Shown here piece after piece: positions 13,355 through 25,071 of a stretch of 64,000 nt of DNA. Source of the stretch: Utricularia gibba. Lineage: Eukaryota > Plantae > Magnoliophyta. The stretch lies in assembly GCA_002189035.1 (NCBI GenBank), contig NEEC01000018.1, forward strand, positions 1,364,001 to 1,428,000, given 5' to 3'. Each line of letters begins with the position of its first letter. The first letter of the stretch is position 1. The notes beneath the pieces are model-generated. The model searched no databases and was not told the origin of the DNA. It saw only the letters and a program-made list of their open reading frames with translations. Position numbers and translations under genes: made by a program.

Positions 13355-13921
13355 CTATTTTTTTTTTGTTGTTGCCGCGTGTACCATGATTAAGCGCGTC
13401 GACATGGTGATCGAATCCGAACCGAATACGATCCGGGTGAATTCGATCGATCTATAGAAAATCTGTAGGGGAAACATCGGATCCATCAAGACGATAGTGG
13501 TTTCAGCAAAAGCATCTCCGAAATGCTTCCAAAACGCGTGATCTCCGACCTGCTTGCGGAAGCCAAGGAAAATCGCAGCATCCGGAAACAGAGGATCCGT
13601 TAGATGCTTGAGAGACAATTGGATCGACGCGGATCTTCCGTCGACGAAATTCGAGAGCAATATGATGTTTCTCAAGGAACAGCCGCGGGCGACCGCTCGG
13701 AAACACTTCCACCGCGTCGAAACCACGGTCACGCCTCAGGCGGACACTCCGATCCTGTGCGTGAAGCCGGTAACGCATCGGACGCAAGGATGTTCATCGC
13801 ACAGCTTCGCGGGGGATTCGGACTGCAGATCCTGTCGACGGATTTCCTTGATTAGGGCATGCGCGCGGGATTCACGAGGGCCAGTGTCGATGGCGAAGCT
13901 CGACTGGTCGTTCACCGCCAT
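13355..13921 (-). pseudogene. Unidentified GC-rich reading frame interrupted by one TGA; possible TIR-like segment
   Basis: ORFs 13921-13736 and 13732-13355 are in the same frame, separated by TGA 13738-13736. ATG at 13921 lies directly below TGGGCY site-II motifs (13928-13962). The island is CpG-rich within AT-rich DNA. Confidence 0.45.
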
Positions 13922-13924
13922 GGA

Positions 13925-13962
13925 TATTGGGCCTCCAAATTTAGGCCCACAACATGGGCTGC
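13925..13962. promoter_or_regulatory. Cluster of TCP site-II (TGGGCY/RGCCCA) motifs upstream of the unidentified ORF
   Basis: attgggcct, taggcccac and catgggctg occur within 40 bp. Similar clusters sit upstream of IF3 (33440-33500), UXT (44820-44855) and HDDC2 (52050-52185). Confidence 0.5.
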
Positions 13963-15936
13963 ATCAGCGTTCACTGATTCGATCTGTTTATATACGCCAT
14001 TTCGAAATATCAATATTTAAAAAAACCCAAATTGATTAAACAGTTTTGAACTATAAATCGTGATTGAATTGCCCTGAACCGGTTCATCATTATTTTTCAA
14101 CATTTAAAACAATTTTTAATACCATTATCTTATGATTGGAGAAAGGGAAGAGACACGAACCCAGAGATATTTATTATGGTTGGTGGACGATTCAAATTTA
14201 TTTATGTCAAGTGTCAGAAGACGTGGATCCACCGGATTGGTTCAAATTAAATATCGGTCGGGGCCGGAGGCGACCCCGCACCAACCCCGCTACCCTCCTT
14301 ATCCGGTTCCGGGCCCACTCCAACGTGCCTTGCCCTTTAACAACTAGAAATTACATTGTATGAAATATAAATTTGGCCATGTGTTATATATTCTGTGAAA
14401 ATAATGATCATGTTATATGTATTTTTTTATGACTAAGTATGTGAGAGAGAATGTGACAGTGAACACTTTTCTAAATGATCAGATTACATCCGTAATCTTG
14501 GTAATGAGAAAAAACTTATAAATATAAGTACAAAATGAATTATGCACGATTTCAAAAAATAGTCATTTTAAATATTAATTTGTTATCTTACTATATGGTA
14601 AAGAAACCCATTATGGTAATTTTTGAAAATGATGCTACCGACATGGCATATAAGTACAAAAACATAGTCAAACGTGCAATTTATTCATGGCGCACCCTCT
14701 ACTACAACTAGTGCAAAAGTAAGGTTGAAGTTGTGACACTCTATCGAGCCTATCTACTTCTGACTTGTTGCCAAGTTGGCAACTACTTGAGCTACATTCA
14801 CTTGCACTATACCACAACTTTGTATTAAGATTTTTAATTGCCAAACCCAACAAGCGAACCGGGCATCAAATTGTCCAGTGCAATCACTTAGATTTCAACA
14901 TGTTCATCCATATTAAACCACATTTATTTTGCACGATATCATATGTTTCGAACACCCAAATCTTATAATTTTATGTTATCATTTTCCGTAGAAAATGTCT
15001 CGTATAAGATTAGAAAGACCCTGTTATTTAAATACATCCACTCTCACGTTCGTAATTAACATGATATCCTCACAAAACTCCTAACTAAGAAATCAATTTT
15101 TAGTCAATTATAATTCATTGTTCATTGAGGGTTTTATGCATTATGCTTGATAGATGTAAAACTAGTGTTCAAATATGTAATGTTAGCTAATTCATCATTG
15201 ATATTAAAGAATATATTATCATTATTATTAATTTAACATAGGAAGAAATATAAAATTATAATATAAGCTCTACAGTTACCCTGGGGGAAAGGGCGGGGCC
15301 CATGAATAAGGAAAAATCCGTTATGAATATGAGCATCAGTACGGGCAGTGAGTTGCCGTGGTGGTTGGAATGATGTTGCAGGATGGTACCCAGACGCCAT
15401 TCATCTTTATGGACGGTAGACCTGTGGGCCCCTTGCTTAAGGTTGGATTTTTTCTATTTTTAATTCGAATTAAAACACTTTTCAAATTTTTTCTAAAATT
15501 TGTTGCATATAATTTAATAAATAATATATTTTTATACATTATAAACCAATTAAAAATGTATAGAATATCAAATCTATACACATGAAATCGGATAAATTTT
15601 TAAATAAATATAAATAGAATATCCACGAATTCAAATAGGATCCGACTAAATAATTTGGGTCGGGTTAGTTGTGTACGGGGGCCCACGTATCATGCATGAA
15701 TTAACGCATGAGGGAAGAAGGGAGTTGGTTGAGTTTGGAGATTTAAAGGAAAACGAAAATGATGTAGCGGTTGGGACATTTTACCAAACACCTTTGTCCT
15801 TATAGTGCAATAACATGGATACTCAAGTGATGGCGGGTCATTGCAATCAATGCAGGAGAGTTACTTCAGAGCAAACAGAACCATGGGTACTTGGAACTTA
15901 TGCCAAAATTAGCTGCTGCATCCACATGACGGTTAA

Positions 15937-16771
15937 TCACTTCATCTCCAGGCCTCTGAGATCCAGAGCTCTGGTTTTGAATCCCAGAAGAAGTGAGCTT
16001 GCTGCTGCTGCTGACCCACCAACAACAGGTTTCCTGCAGCTGCAATCTCTGCTGTTTCGGATCCCGAGGCTGCAGGTGAAGCACGCCGCAGTGTTGTCAT
16101 CTCTGCTCCTTGGGTTCTCGTCTTTCTGCTCTGAATCGTGGGAATGGGGTGGGCTTATTCTCAACTCCAGGTTTAAGTCGGGGTACTTTTCAGTGGTTGG
16201 GATCTTCGAGCTTTGTTCTTCCGGTTCTTTCCCGTCGGTGAAAAAGCTCCTCCTGGATTCAGATAACTTCGCCGGTGACGGTGGGTCGTTGATGGGGCGG
16301 TGAGTTGTGGGATCGATTCCCCTGCTCAGAAGCTTTCTCCTGATATGCGTATTCCAGTAGTTCTTTATCTCATTGTCTGTTCTCCCGGGCAATCTCCCTG
16401 CAATTAACGACCACCTGAAAACAAAACCCCCGGAGGAGAAAAAAACCCCATGAATCTCAAAGCCCCAATTCATCAAACGCAGGAATCATTCATTCATTCA
16501 CTCACTCACTTGTTACCCAACAGGCTGTGAAGCTTGATGATGACCTCATCTTCCTCCTCCGTAAAATTGCCCCTCTTCAAATCCGGCCGCAGGTAATTAA
16601 TCCATCGCAGCCTGCAACTTTTCCCACATCGCAGAAGGCCCGCCGCTTTCGGCAACGATCGCCAGCACCCTTCGCCGTGGGCGCGTATATAAGCAATTAA
16701 CCGATCGTCTTCCTCCTTAGTCCACGCCCCTTTGTTCGTATGAGCCTTCTCGCAACAAGGAGATCTCCCAT
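15937..16771 (-). CDS. MYB4: R2R3-MYB subgroup 4 repressor (MYB4/MYB32/MYB308-like); start codon 1 nt out of frame in this sequence
   Basis: Exon 1 16771-16510 ([24 protein letters not shown]...LGNK) and exon 2 16414-15937 ([23 protein letters not shown]). EAR motif [17 protein letters not shown]...CSC zinc motif, C-terminal LDLRGLEMK. Exon 1 is 262 nt instead of 263. Confidence 0.92.
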
Positions 16772-17040
16772 TATAACAAACACCTAACCCTGCAACTCCA
16801 ATCTGACACCCAAATCAAACCCCTAAAAAAAACAATTTTTTGGTGGCGTAAAGAGAAAAAACCCGGCTTTTGACTGAAGGTTGGAGGTGGGCGTTAATGC
16901 TTCTAGACGCGATTTGGTAGAAAGAAGCTCCAGAGGGAGTCCCTCAAGAAACAATATATAATGAACTCCGGGTGGCGACAGAGGGACACAGAGAGAAATT
17001 TAGGTGAAAAGGGAATTGAATACTGGTGACCTTGAAACGC

Positions 17041-17062
17041 AGTAGGTATGAATAAGGTAGGC
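17041..17062 (-). promoter_or_regulatory. Paired AC elements upstream of the MYB4-like gene
   Basis: GTAGGT (17042-17047) and GGTAGG (17056-17061), i.e. ACCTAC/CCTACC on the gene strand, about 280 bp above the ATG. Confidence 0.35.
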
Positions 17063-17614
17063 GGAGTACGCCCTGATCCATCCCCTCCCACCACTCTCTC
17101 ACCGCATCACAGCAAACCCAAAAATCCCATTTCAGAGTCTCGGCATCCGGCGATTCCATCAAGTTGGGTAGTTGCCGGACGGCCCCATCTCAGACGAGTG
17201 GCGAATTCAACTGCGGAGGAGGATGGCGAAAAGGAGAGGATTCTAGAAGGGGGAGGAGGGGATGAGGAGGACAAGGCGTGGCATGTGGTGCACGTTCCAG
17301 GGAGAGAGAGATTGCTTCACGTTCCCCATTCCTTGTCATTACCAGTAAGTAATAAGACAAATGTGGAGGTTCGGACCAGCATCACATGATCTCTTTCTTT
17401 CCCCTAATCGCCGTACACAAAATAGCACCACGCAGAGATCCATCTTTCTTCACGCCTTATCGTATCTTAATCATTAGGGTTTTATTCACATGGGTCCTTT
17501 CCTTTGCGCCGAAACACGTATCTCCATTTACAAAATGCGTGTTGTTGTGATACAAGAAAAACGACCATTTTTAAGGATACCTTTAATAGATAGTTTTAGA
17601 AGTTTAAATCACAT

Positions 17615-17807
17615 GAGTATGTTTGGTACATGGATAAATTATATTAAGTATAAGAGAATATATATAATGAAGTATTATATGACAATATAATTTTATCTCA
17701 TATTCATGATATAAATTATCTTAATTATAATTTATCTTACATACCAAACATCTTATTTTTTTCTTCTCATTTAATTATCCTTCTTTATACACCTACCAAA
17801 CACACTC
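17615..17807. mobile_element. Tourist/PIF-Harbinger-like MITE
   Basis: Terminal inverted repeats gagtatgtttggta (17615-17628) and taccaaacacactc (17794-17807) match at 13/14; a 3-bp direct repeat CAT flanks both sides; the interior is AT-rich with no ORF. Confidence 0.6.
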
Positions 17808-20579
17808 CATGGGTTTAGGAATCAAAGTACGTTTTTTATGTTAATTTTGATTAGAGTTGCGACCGATTTCGAATTGATCTGTTTCGATTTGCAATTAAAT
17901 AGTTTTTTTAAACCGTAGATTTATAAACTATTGTTCATTGTCGACTTCGGTTCCAATTTCAATTTGAAAACAGATTTTTAAATCTTGAATCAAACTGAAA
18001 CTAAAACCAAACAGTATCGTTTCACTTCAAAATTGCAATCGAAAACGTTCAATTTCAGTTCAAATCATGATTTTAAAAATGAAAAATAAATACTTAATTA
18101 AGAAATTAAACAAATGCTATTTCTGAAAAATATAGATTAATTGTAAGACACCTACATGAGCTTGCGAAAGGCATCATTTTTTAAAAAGATTTTTTAAGCG
18201 TTTATAACATTTGTTAAGAATATATAGAAATAATTCTAAAAATCTAGAATGTTTCCCACACACTCACATGAACCATACTGATGGTTCAGATTCAAACCGA
18301 TTATAGTTTATCATTGACAAATACTGGTGTTTTTTTTTTTCTAAATCCATGTAAGTTTAACACTTGTATTAAATGTAATTTTAAACAATCACAATTCATA
18401 TATCAAATATATTATCATAAATAAACATTTTTTTCATTATTTATCTGAATTTAAATGATATTAATTTTATACGGATATTAAGTATCATAATATATAATAT
18501 TTTCATATCATATTGTTCGTTTTGTATACTAAATCATACTTTTTCTTTTTTTAAGAAAATAATCTTATATAAAATTTGGATGGTTCATTTGTTTAAACAT
18601 GTATATTTATTTTTATAAGCAATGTGACATATCATATTTCCGCCCCAATGCCACTTGGATTACTTACCCAAAACTAACATAATTGTTAATTTTTTATTAT
18701 CTCGTTGTTTTCCAAACCAATGGGTAGGTGCCAATGCCGGTCCAGTAACGGCGCGTGCTTCGGAATCCCCGATGGGCTTTTAAACATGGGCCAATGCTTC
18801 CAAATTCTACAGGGCCTTAACCCTGAGCCCAAGTTCCCAAATCTGCTTCCGAAATTCTATAAATATAACCGTATTTTACTATAAATATATATTGTTTTAT
18901 TTATTTCATCAAATATATATTAAAATTTATATTTACTCCAGATATTCATAATTCAATACGCATAAATCAATGGATTGTGTTTTTAATAATAATATTAATA
19001 ATTATGTTAATTACATATTTGTATTAGAGATTTTTAATGACTTGATAGGATGTGAAATTTTATTCTATGTTAAATAATATTTATTAATTGCACAACTATT
19101 AACTATTAATATTTAATAATATGAACTAGATATTCACTTAATTTTATTATTTAAAAATTCATTTATTATGAAATACAAGTCTATCTATTGATTATAAAGT
19201 GTAATATTACTCTTATTATTTTAAAAAAAATCCAATGTTGATATGTAATATTACTAAAATCCAATTATTTACCGATTTCAATAATATTATATATAAAGTT
19301 AATTGTAAAATATTATTTTATTAACCATCACAATTCATCTTCTTTTTTATGATATTGTTTGTTTCGACCATCCAATTTTTATACTTTTATGTTTTTACTT
19401 CTCGAAAAAAATACATTATGTAAAATTAGAAAATATATATTTATATAAATTATATTTATATTCAATTTATAATTGATGTGATATTTATCTAAGATATTTC
19501 TCCTGTTAGAAACTTAGTGTCCTTGGTGATGTTTGCCCTACCATCAGTTACAGTTGTGATTATATATTTAATTCGGTAATTAAATATATAATGAATCAGT
19601 TATTTATATTAATTCGACAATTAAAATTACACCGCCTCCAACTAAACACGTGTACCACCACACAGTTGACAATTGTGATAGACATCACCAAAGTCACTCT
19701 ATGAGCTATAACCGCCATTAAAGACAATTAAGGCGGCTGCACCCGTAAATTGAATTGGACAATTCTTTAATTATATATTATCCCTTTTATCGATTTAATT
19801 CGAATAAATAATCAGTATAATGAAAATATTTAATCAAATGAGTTATTTAAAATGAAATTCCCTTTTAATCACGTCATTGCTCTGTTAATTAATTATTGGG
19901 TATTACTCGACATTCTTTATTATTTATTTATTCACACGTCATTGGGCCTAAGCCCTAAACTAGTCTAGTTTCCGCGCGCGGCCCGCCCGGTTTGACTGGG
20001 GGCGGGACTACCGGGAATAAAGAAAGGGCCGGCAAACGCCGTTACCTCCGCCGTTACGTCAACTGTCAACCCGCTCTTTTTGTATGGCCGTTGTGTGACG
20101 TGGCGTCCGTCTCCAATTTTGAGTTAACGGCTACAAATCTGCAGATTTCTTCTCTTTTTACCCGTTTCGTTTTCCGAGTGCTGATTTCTTTTTTTGTGTC
20201 TCGGGAGTCAAATGCGGAAAGATTGAACTTTATTGTTTTAGAATTTTTTTTTCTTTTGGGTAGGCGCGACCCACGATTATCTTGATTGGTGGGTATTGAT
20301 TTGGTTGGTTTTCTGGTGGAGTTGAACATTCGAGAAGAGTTTGTATTAGCAGGGGGAGTCTGTTGGCGTCGTCTCCCTTTGTTTTGTGAGCTGTTTGTTT
20401 AGAGCTTGATTATGGGATTGAGTTTTCGCTGACTTTTATTTTTTTGGAAGCAATACCAGCACCCATTTTAGCGATTACCAGGCGTTGTACATTGAAAAGA
20501 GATGATGGGTGTCAGAGGTTTGTAGGGATTTTGTATAGTCTTCGGTTGTCCATAGACTTTGTTTCACTGCTGGGGTGGA

Positions 20580-23361
20580 ATGACAGTAGAAAAGGTGGTT
20601 TTGAGGAATAAGAAAGTGATAGTGGGAATACGGTTGGATTTTCATGCGAAGGAGTTACTTGATTGGGCACTGGTGAAAGTAGCTGATCCTGGAGATTCCG
20701 TGGTTGCAATTCACGTATGCAGAAATCCTGGTAACTTTTGCGTGGGTGTAATGAAGCACTTGTTCCTTTTCTTTTCTCGTCTTCCTTGTTTTGGTGGCCT
20801 TTATGATTCTTGGAATACTGGGTTTTACAGCTAGGATCCCGAAAGACAAAACTTTGTTGAATGGATTTTTGGAAGACTACAAAGGCCTATGCAGCAAAAA
20901 GCAGGTTCCCTTCTTCTAGTTATTGAACTTTGGTGATGATCATGTACTAACATTCAACTCGCTTCCATCATGATGCTTATCTGATCTTCGTTTTTGGATG
21001 TGCAGGTTACCCTCAGTGTTCACGTTTTTGGAGGGCTTTCCAGAAGAAAAGTCTTTGCTAGGGAGGCTAAGAAACACAGGGCATCCATTCTTGTAGTTGG
21101 GATATGCAAGCACAGTGCACTGAGGTAGGCAAGTGGATACATGAATTGTTAGATTTCAGCCATGCTGATTTTTTTCATAAAATGCTTGAATCAGTCTGAT
21201 ATTCAGAAGTATTTTTTGATTGATTTAGCTTCAGAGGGTGCACTTGTGTTGCCAAGTATTGCTCAAAGATCCTGTCTCCTGATACTGAAGTTACCGCTGT
21301 TTCCAATGGGAGAGTTTTCTTTCACAGGGGTTTCAGTTCACCAGTTCCAGGTCAGATATCCTCCCTGATTCCAGCATAATTTCTTCTTTCTTAATGTAAA
21401 AAGATATCATATTAATGATCACAGGTTTTGTGTCTGATCCAAAGCCAAGTTTTCACACAAAAGAGAGCCTTGGGATGAATTCTAGTCATCAAGAAAATAC
21501 TGAAACTGATGTATCAGAAGGTAGCCGGTTGAGTTTTACTGCAAACGTTTCAAAGTTCAGCTCAAAAGAAGATGATAACAGTCCTGTCATGAGGCAACAT
21601 AAAGCCTCTCTTAGTTTTACTTATCTTCCTGGGGATGATTTTTTGAAACAGAGGCCTGGATGGCCTCTACAGATATTCAACTCAACGAATCCAGTAGCAA
21701 TAGATGCAAGAAAAATGTCGGTTGTGCAATGGGTGATGAACTTGCCCCATAGAACTGCTTCTGACATTTCTGGATCCAACTCTCCCATGAGTCTTGAGGA
21801 TGCCCCTGAAAATGGAAGTCAGAATGCAGCATTGTTGCCGAAAGAGATGGAGGATATACTCGCAAGAAATCCATTAATCTGCAGATTGTTCAACTATGAG
21901 GCCCTTAAAGTTTGGACTAGTGACTTCTCCTCAGGTAACAAGTTGAAACAGCTTTTTCAACAATGAAGCAGATCTCTGTATCGAAGTCTATTGACATTTG
22001 AGTTCCTGTACTGCACCAGGAAATCTTATTGGAAAAGGAGGCTGCAGTTCTGTGTACAAGGGAACTCTCCCGGACGGCAAGCAAGTTGCAGTGAAGGCCC
22101 TTGCACAATCAAAAGGAACCAGGAAGGACTTCATCAGGGAGTTGGACATCATGACAACGTTGGACCACGACAGAATTGCACCGTTGATCGGAATCTGTGC
22201 AGAAGGCAACAATCTCCTCTCCGTTTATGACTTCATGCCGAGAGGAAGCCTTGAAGAGAACCTACATGGTACATGACAACAACAAAGCTTCTCATTCCAT
22301 TAGCTCTTTCTTTCTCTATATTGATCTAATTTGAACCCCTTGTGGAAAACCAGGCAGCAGAAAGCGTAACACAATACTTCCATGGGAATCAAGATTTGAA
22401 ATAGCAGTAGGAGTTGCTGAGGCGCTGGCCTACTTACACAGCAAATGCCCTCGCCCTGTTATTCACAGAGATGTCAAGCCTTCAAATATTATGCTTACTG
22501 ATGAACTAAAGCCTCAGGTACATAACTAACTCCTCATCAAGCTCTCCCTGCATCCCTCCCTGATCATGAACTGATTTTCTGAACTTCACTCCGTAGTTAT
22601 CTGACTTTGGATTGGCAACATGGCGACCTCTGACTGGGGATTTCTTGTTGGATAGAGATGCAGTAGGCACATTCGGGTATCTGGCCCCGGAATATTTTCT
22701 ATATGGTAGAGTTAGTGACAAAGTGGATGTGTACGCCTTTGGAGTTGTCCTCCTGGAACTGCTCTCCGGGAGGAAAGCTATTGATCCCGAGACAGAGAGC
22801 TTAGCCATCTGGGTAAGAACATGACGACTATTCACTAAATCTGCTTCACTAGAGTTGGCTTCTTCATGGAATCTCCCTCCATGATTTCTGTTTTCAGGCA
22901 AAGCCACGACTGGAAACCAGAGATTACAGCAGCTTATTAGATCCAAATCTCAAAACAGACGTAGACAAAGTACAAATGCACAGACTGGCGCTTGCTGCGT
23001 CTCTCTGCCTCACTCAAGCTGCAAGGCTTCGACCCAACATGCAACAGGTAATCAAAAGAAGAGCTTTCCCATGGCCGCGTACTCCCAGTCTAAGAGCGTT
23101 GATCCCTTCACTGCAGGTGCTCAGTGTGCTTAAAGGAGAGGAATGGGAAGAAGAAGCCGCAGCACAAATAAACGGTGGGGGGTTGCAGACGAAGGAAATG
23201 GGAGTGAATTTGATGATGAAGTTTACCCGGAATCATGCGCTGAATCGTATCTCAGCCTTGCGTTGCTCGATGTGAACGACGATTTGGCGTCGGTCGCCAG
23301 TTCCGGCCGCTGTAGCCCTCTGCCGGGGCAAGACTACTTGCTCAGGAATAGAAGATGGTGA
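20580..23361 (+). CDS. Receptor-like cytoplasmic kinase with N-terminal USP (adenine nucleotide alpha-hydrolase-like) domain, STUNTED-like
   Basis: Exons 20580-20730, 20831-20904, 21006-21124, 21235-21350, 21425-21934, 22020-22268, 22354-22517, 22597-22812, 22898-23047, 23117-23361. Motifs [34 protein letters not shown] 1-nt frameshift in the G run 23177-23182 precedes the conserved [19 protein letters not shown] tail. Confidence 0.92.
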
Positions 23362-24057
23362 TTACATTTTTAAAAAAATTTCCTAATTTTTAAATAAAAA
23401 ATAAATTGATTCTTTAAAATTTAAAGCACGCCTAATTTGATATAAATATATCCTAATAGTATATTTGTAAATTTATCGTCGTCGTGTATTCACATCCCTA
23501 TCCGTACCGATAACGCACCCGTACTTACCGTTTGTAGCAAATAGGCGACTTAACGAGCCCAATAAGATAAATGGGCCGAATATATTTACGCCCACAGCAG
23601 TCCACGCCGTCAAAATTCGCAGAACTCCCCGCCTGAAGCCTTTAGTGCAGAAAGCGACCATCTTCAATAATTGTGCTCTCGTCAGCGGGGAGGGGTGAGG
23701 GGGTTTGTTTGGTCAATTGGCCAGATGTGTAAATGCTTTAAGCATCTTGTAGGGTTTGTCGTTTTCTACTTCAAAATTGGTTTTTCTCTGAGAAACCAGC
23801 TTCATTACTTATTTCCAGACGCATAATTCCTTTGTGAGTTTCGCTTTATTGCTTCCAAGTCATCATCCTGCAATTGGGTTTCATAGATTTCGGTATTTAG
23901 TGAGGTGTATTCCGGTTTCTGGATTTTGTTTTGGGGTAAGAATGTCCCTCCTATGCTATATGTCTTCTTGTTTTGCGGTCGTTGTGAATGGTTTAGTTGC
24001 CTTTTATTTCCATTCTGAAATATTAATTCGCTTTGCTTTGGTTGCTCGTAGAAATAA

Positions 24058-25071
24058 ATGGACGACTGGGAGGTTGATTTCGCAGATGATCAAATGTTTT
24101 CCTGCTTGGATGTACCTAACTTTGAAAGCACTTGTTCTTTGGACATGGATGAGTTTGTAGACAGGACTCAAGCCTGCAATGATGCTCTTGGCCGAACGGA
24201 GGCTTACACCGACGTCCTTGGTCGAACACAAGCTTGCACTCATGCTCATGCTTGCAATCCATTTGGGCCAGATAAATCCCACACTCATACTTGTATTCAT
24301 GTCCACACTCAAATAATGCCCTCCCATGCTGAACCCCAAGCGCCTAGCGATGAAACTGCAGAGTTAGTGGATAAAAAGTCCAAGAAAAAGCCTTTAGGTA
24401 ACCGGGAAGCTGTACGTAAGTATAGAGAAAAGAAGAAGGCTAGAAGTGCTTCTTTGGAGGATGAAGTTGTTAAATTGAGAGCTATAAACCAGCAACTTAT
24501 GAAGAGGCTGCAAAGCCAAACTCTGTTGGAGGCTGAAGTTGCTCGGCTTAAGTGTTTGCTTGTTGATATTAGAGGAAGAATTGAGGGTGAAGTTGGTTCT
24601 TTTGCATACCAGAACCAAAGCAAGGGTGTAGATTTATATGAAAACATTGCTGATCCTACTAATGTTCCAGGCACATACATGATGAATCCCTGTAACATGC
24701 AAAGTAACGATCCACTATATTGCCTCCGGCATGGTTCAGATGCTGCAGCATTTCATGATCAGGAGACAGGGGATTGTGGTTTCGACATTGTTCAGTGTTC
24801 TGGTCGTCAGAGTTCCAGTCTTAAAGGACTCCTGGATTCTCCATCCCCCAATGTTACCCTTCCTACTAGGAGGAGAGGTGCCCTCTTCTTTCCTCTCTTT
24901 CTGCCAAAAAAACAAAAACATCAAACTCTTTTTATATATAAATGGATTCAATGCCAAAAGACGATGGAAATCTTCATCTACAGTATTTCTTACTTCTCCT
25001 CTGTTGTCAAACAGGGTCTTGCAAATCAATGGCACTTTAAAAGTTCTTATATACTGGAGCAAATGTTTTAA
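24058..25071 (+). CDS. Group F bZIP zinc-sensor transcription factor (bZIP19/bZIP23-like)
   Basis: CTHAHACNP and HTHTCIHVHT Cys/His motifs; GNREAVRKYREKKKAR basic region; LEAEVARLKCLLVDIRGRIEGEVG. The 3' end is uncertain: a probable donor at 24878 means the ORF beyond it may be intron. Confidence 0.93.
   Translation: MDDWEVDFADDQMFSCLDVPNFESTCSLDMDEFVDRTQACNDALGRTEAYTDVLGRTQACTHAHACNPFGPDKSHTHTCIHVHTQIMPSHAEPQAPSDETAELVDKKSKKKPLGNREAVRKYREKKKARSASLEDEVVKLRAINQQLMKRLQSQTLLEAEVARLKCLLVDIRGRIEGEVGSFAYQNQSKGVDLYENIADPTNVPGTYMMNPCNMQSNDPLYCLRHGSDAAAFHDQETGDCGFDIVQCSGRQSSSLKGLLDSPSPNVTLPTRRRGALFFPLFLPKKQKHQTLFIYKWIQCQKTMEIFIYSISYFSSVVKQGLANQWHFKSSYILEQMF

Noticed and set aside
13736-13921. HALIKEIRR...HPCVRC as a cytidine-deaminase HxE...PCxxC motif
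   Set aside because: The catalytic Glu after His is absent and the spacing is shorter than in deaminases.
18640-18870. Isolated promoter-like island (CCAAT, site II, TATA) with a short repeat
   Set aside because: No downstream ORF or RNA gene is visible; the motifs are short and common.
24878-25071. Hydrophobic C-terminal extension of the F-bZIP ORF as a membrane anchor
   Set aside because: It begins at an AG|GT donor-like site, is T-rich and lacks similarity to F-bZIPs; probably intron read-through.
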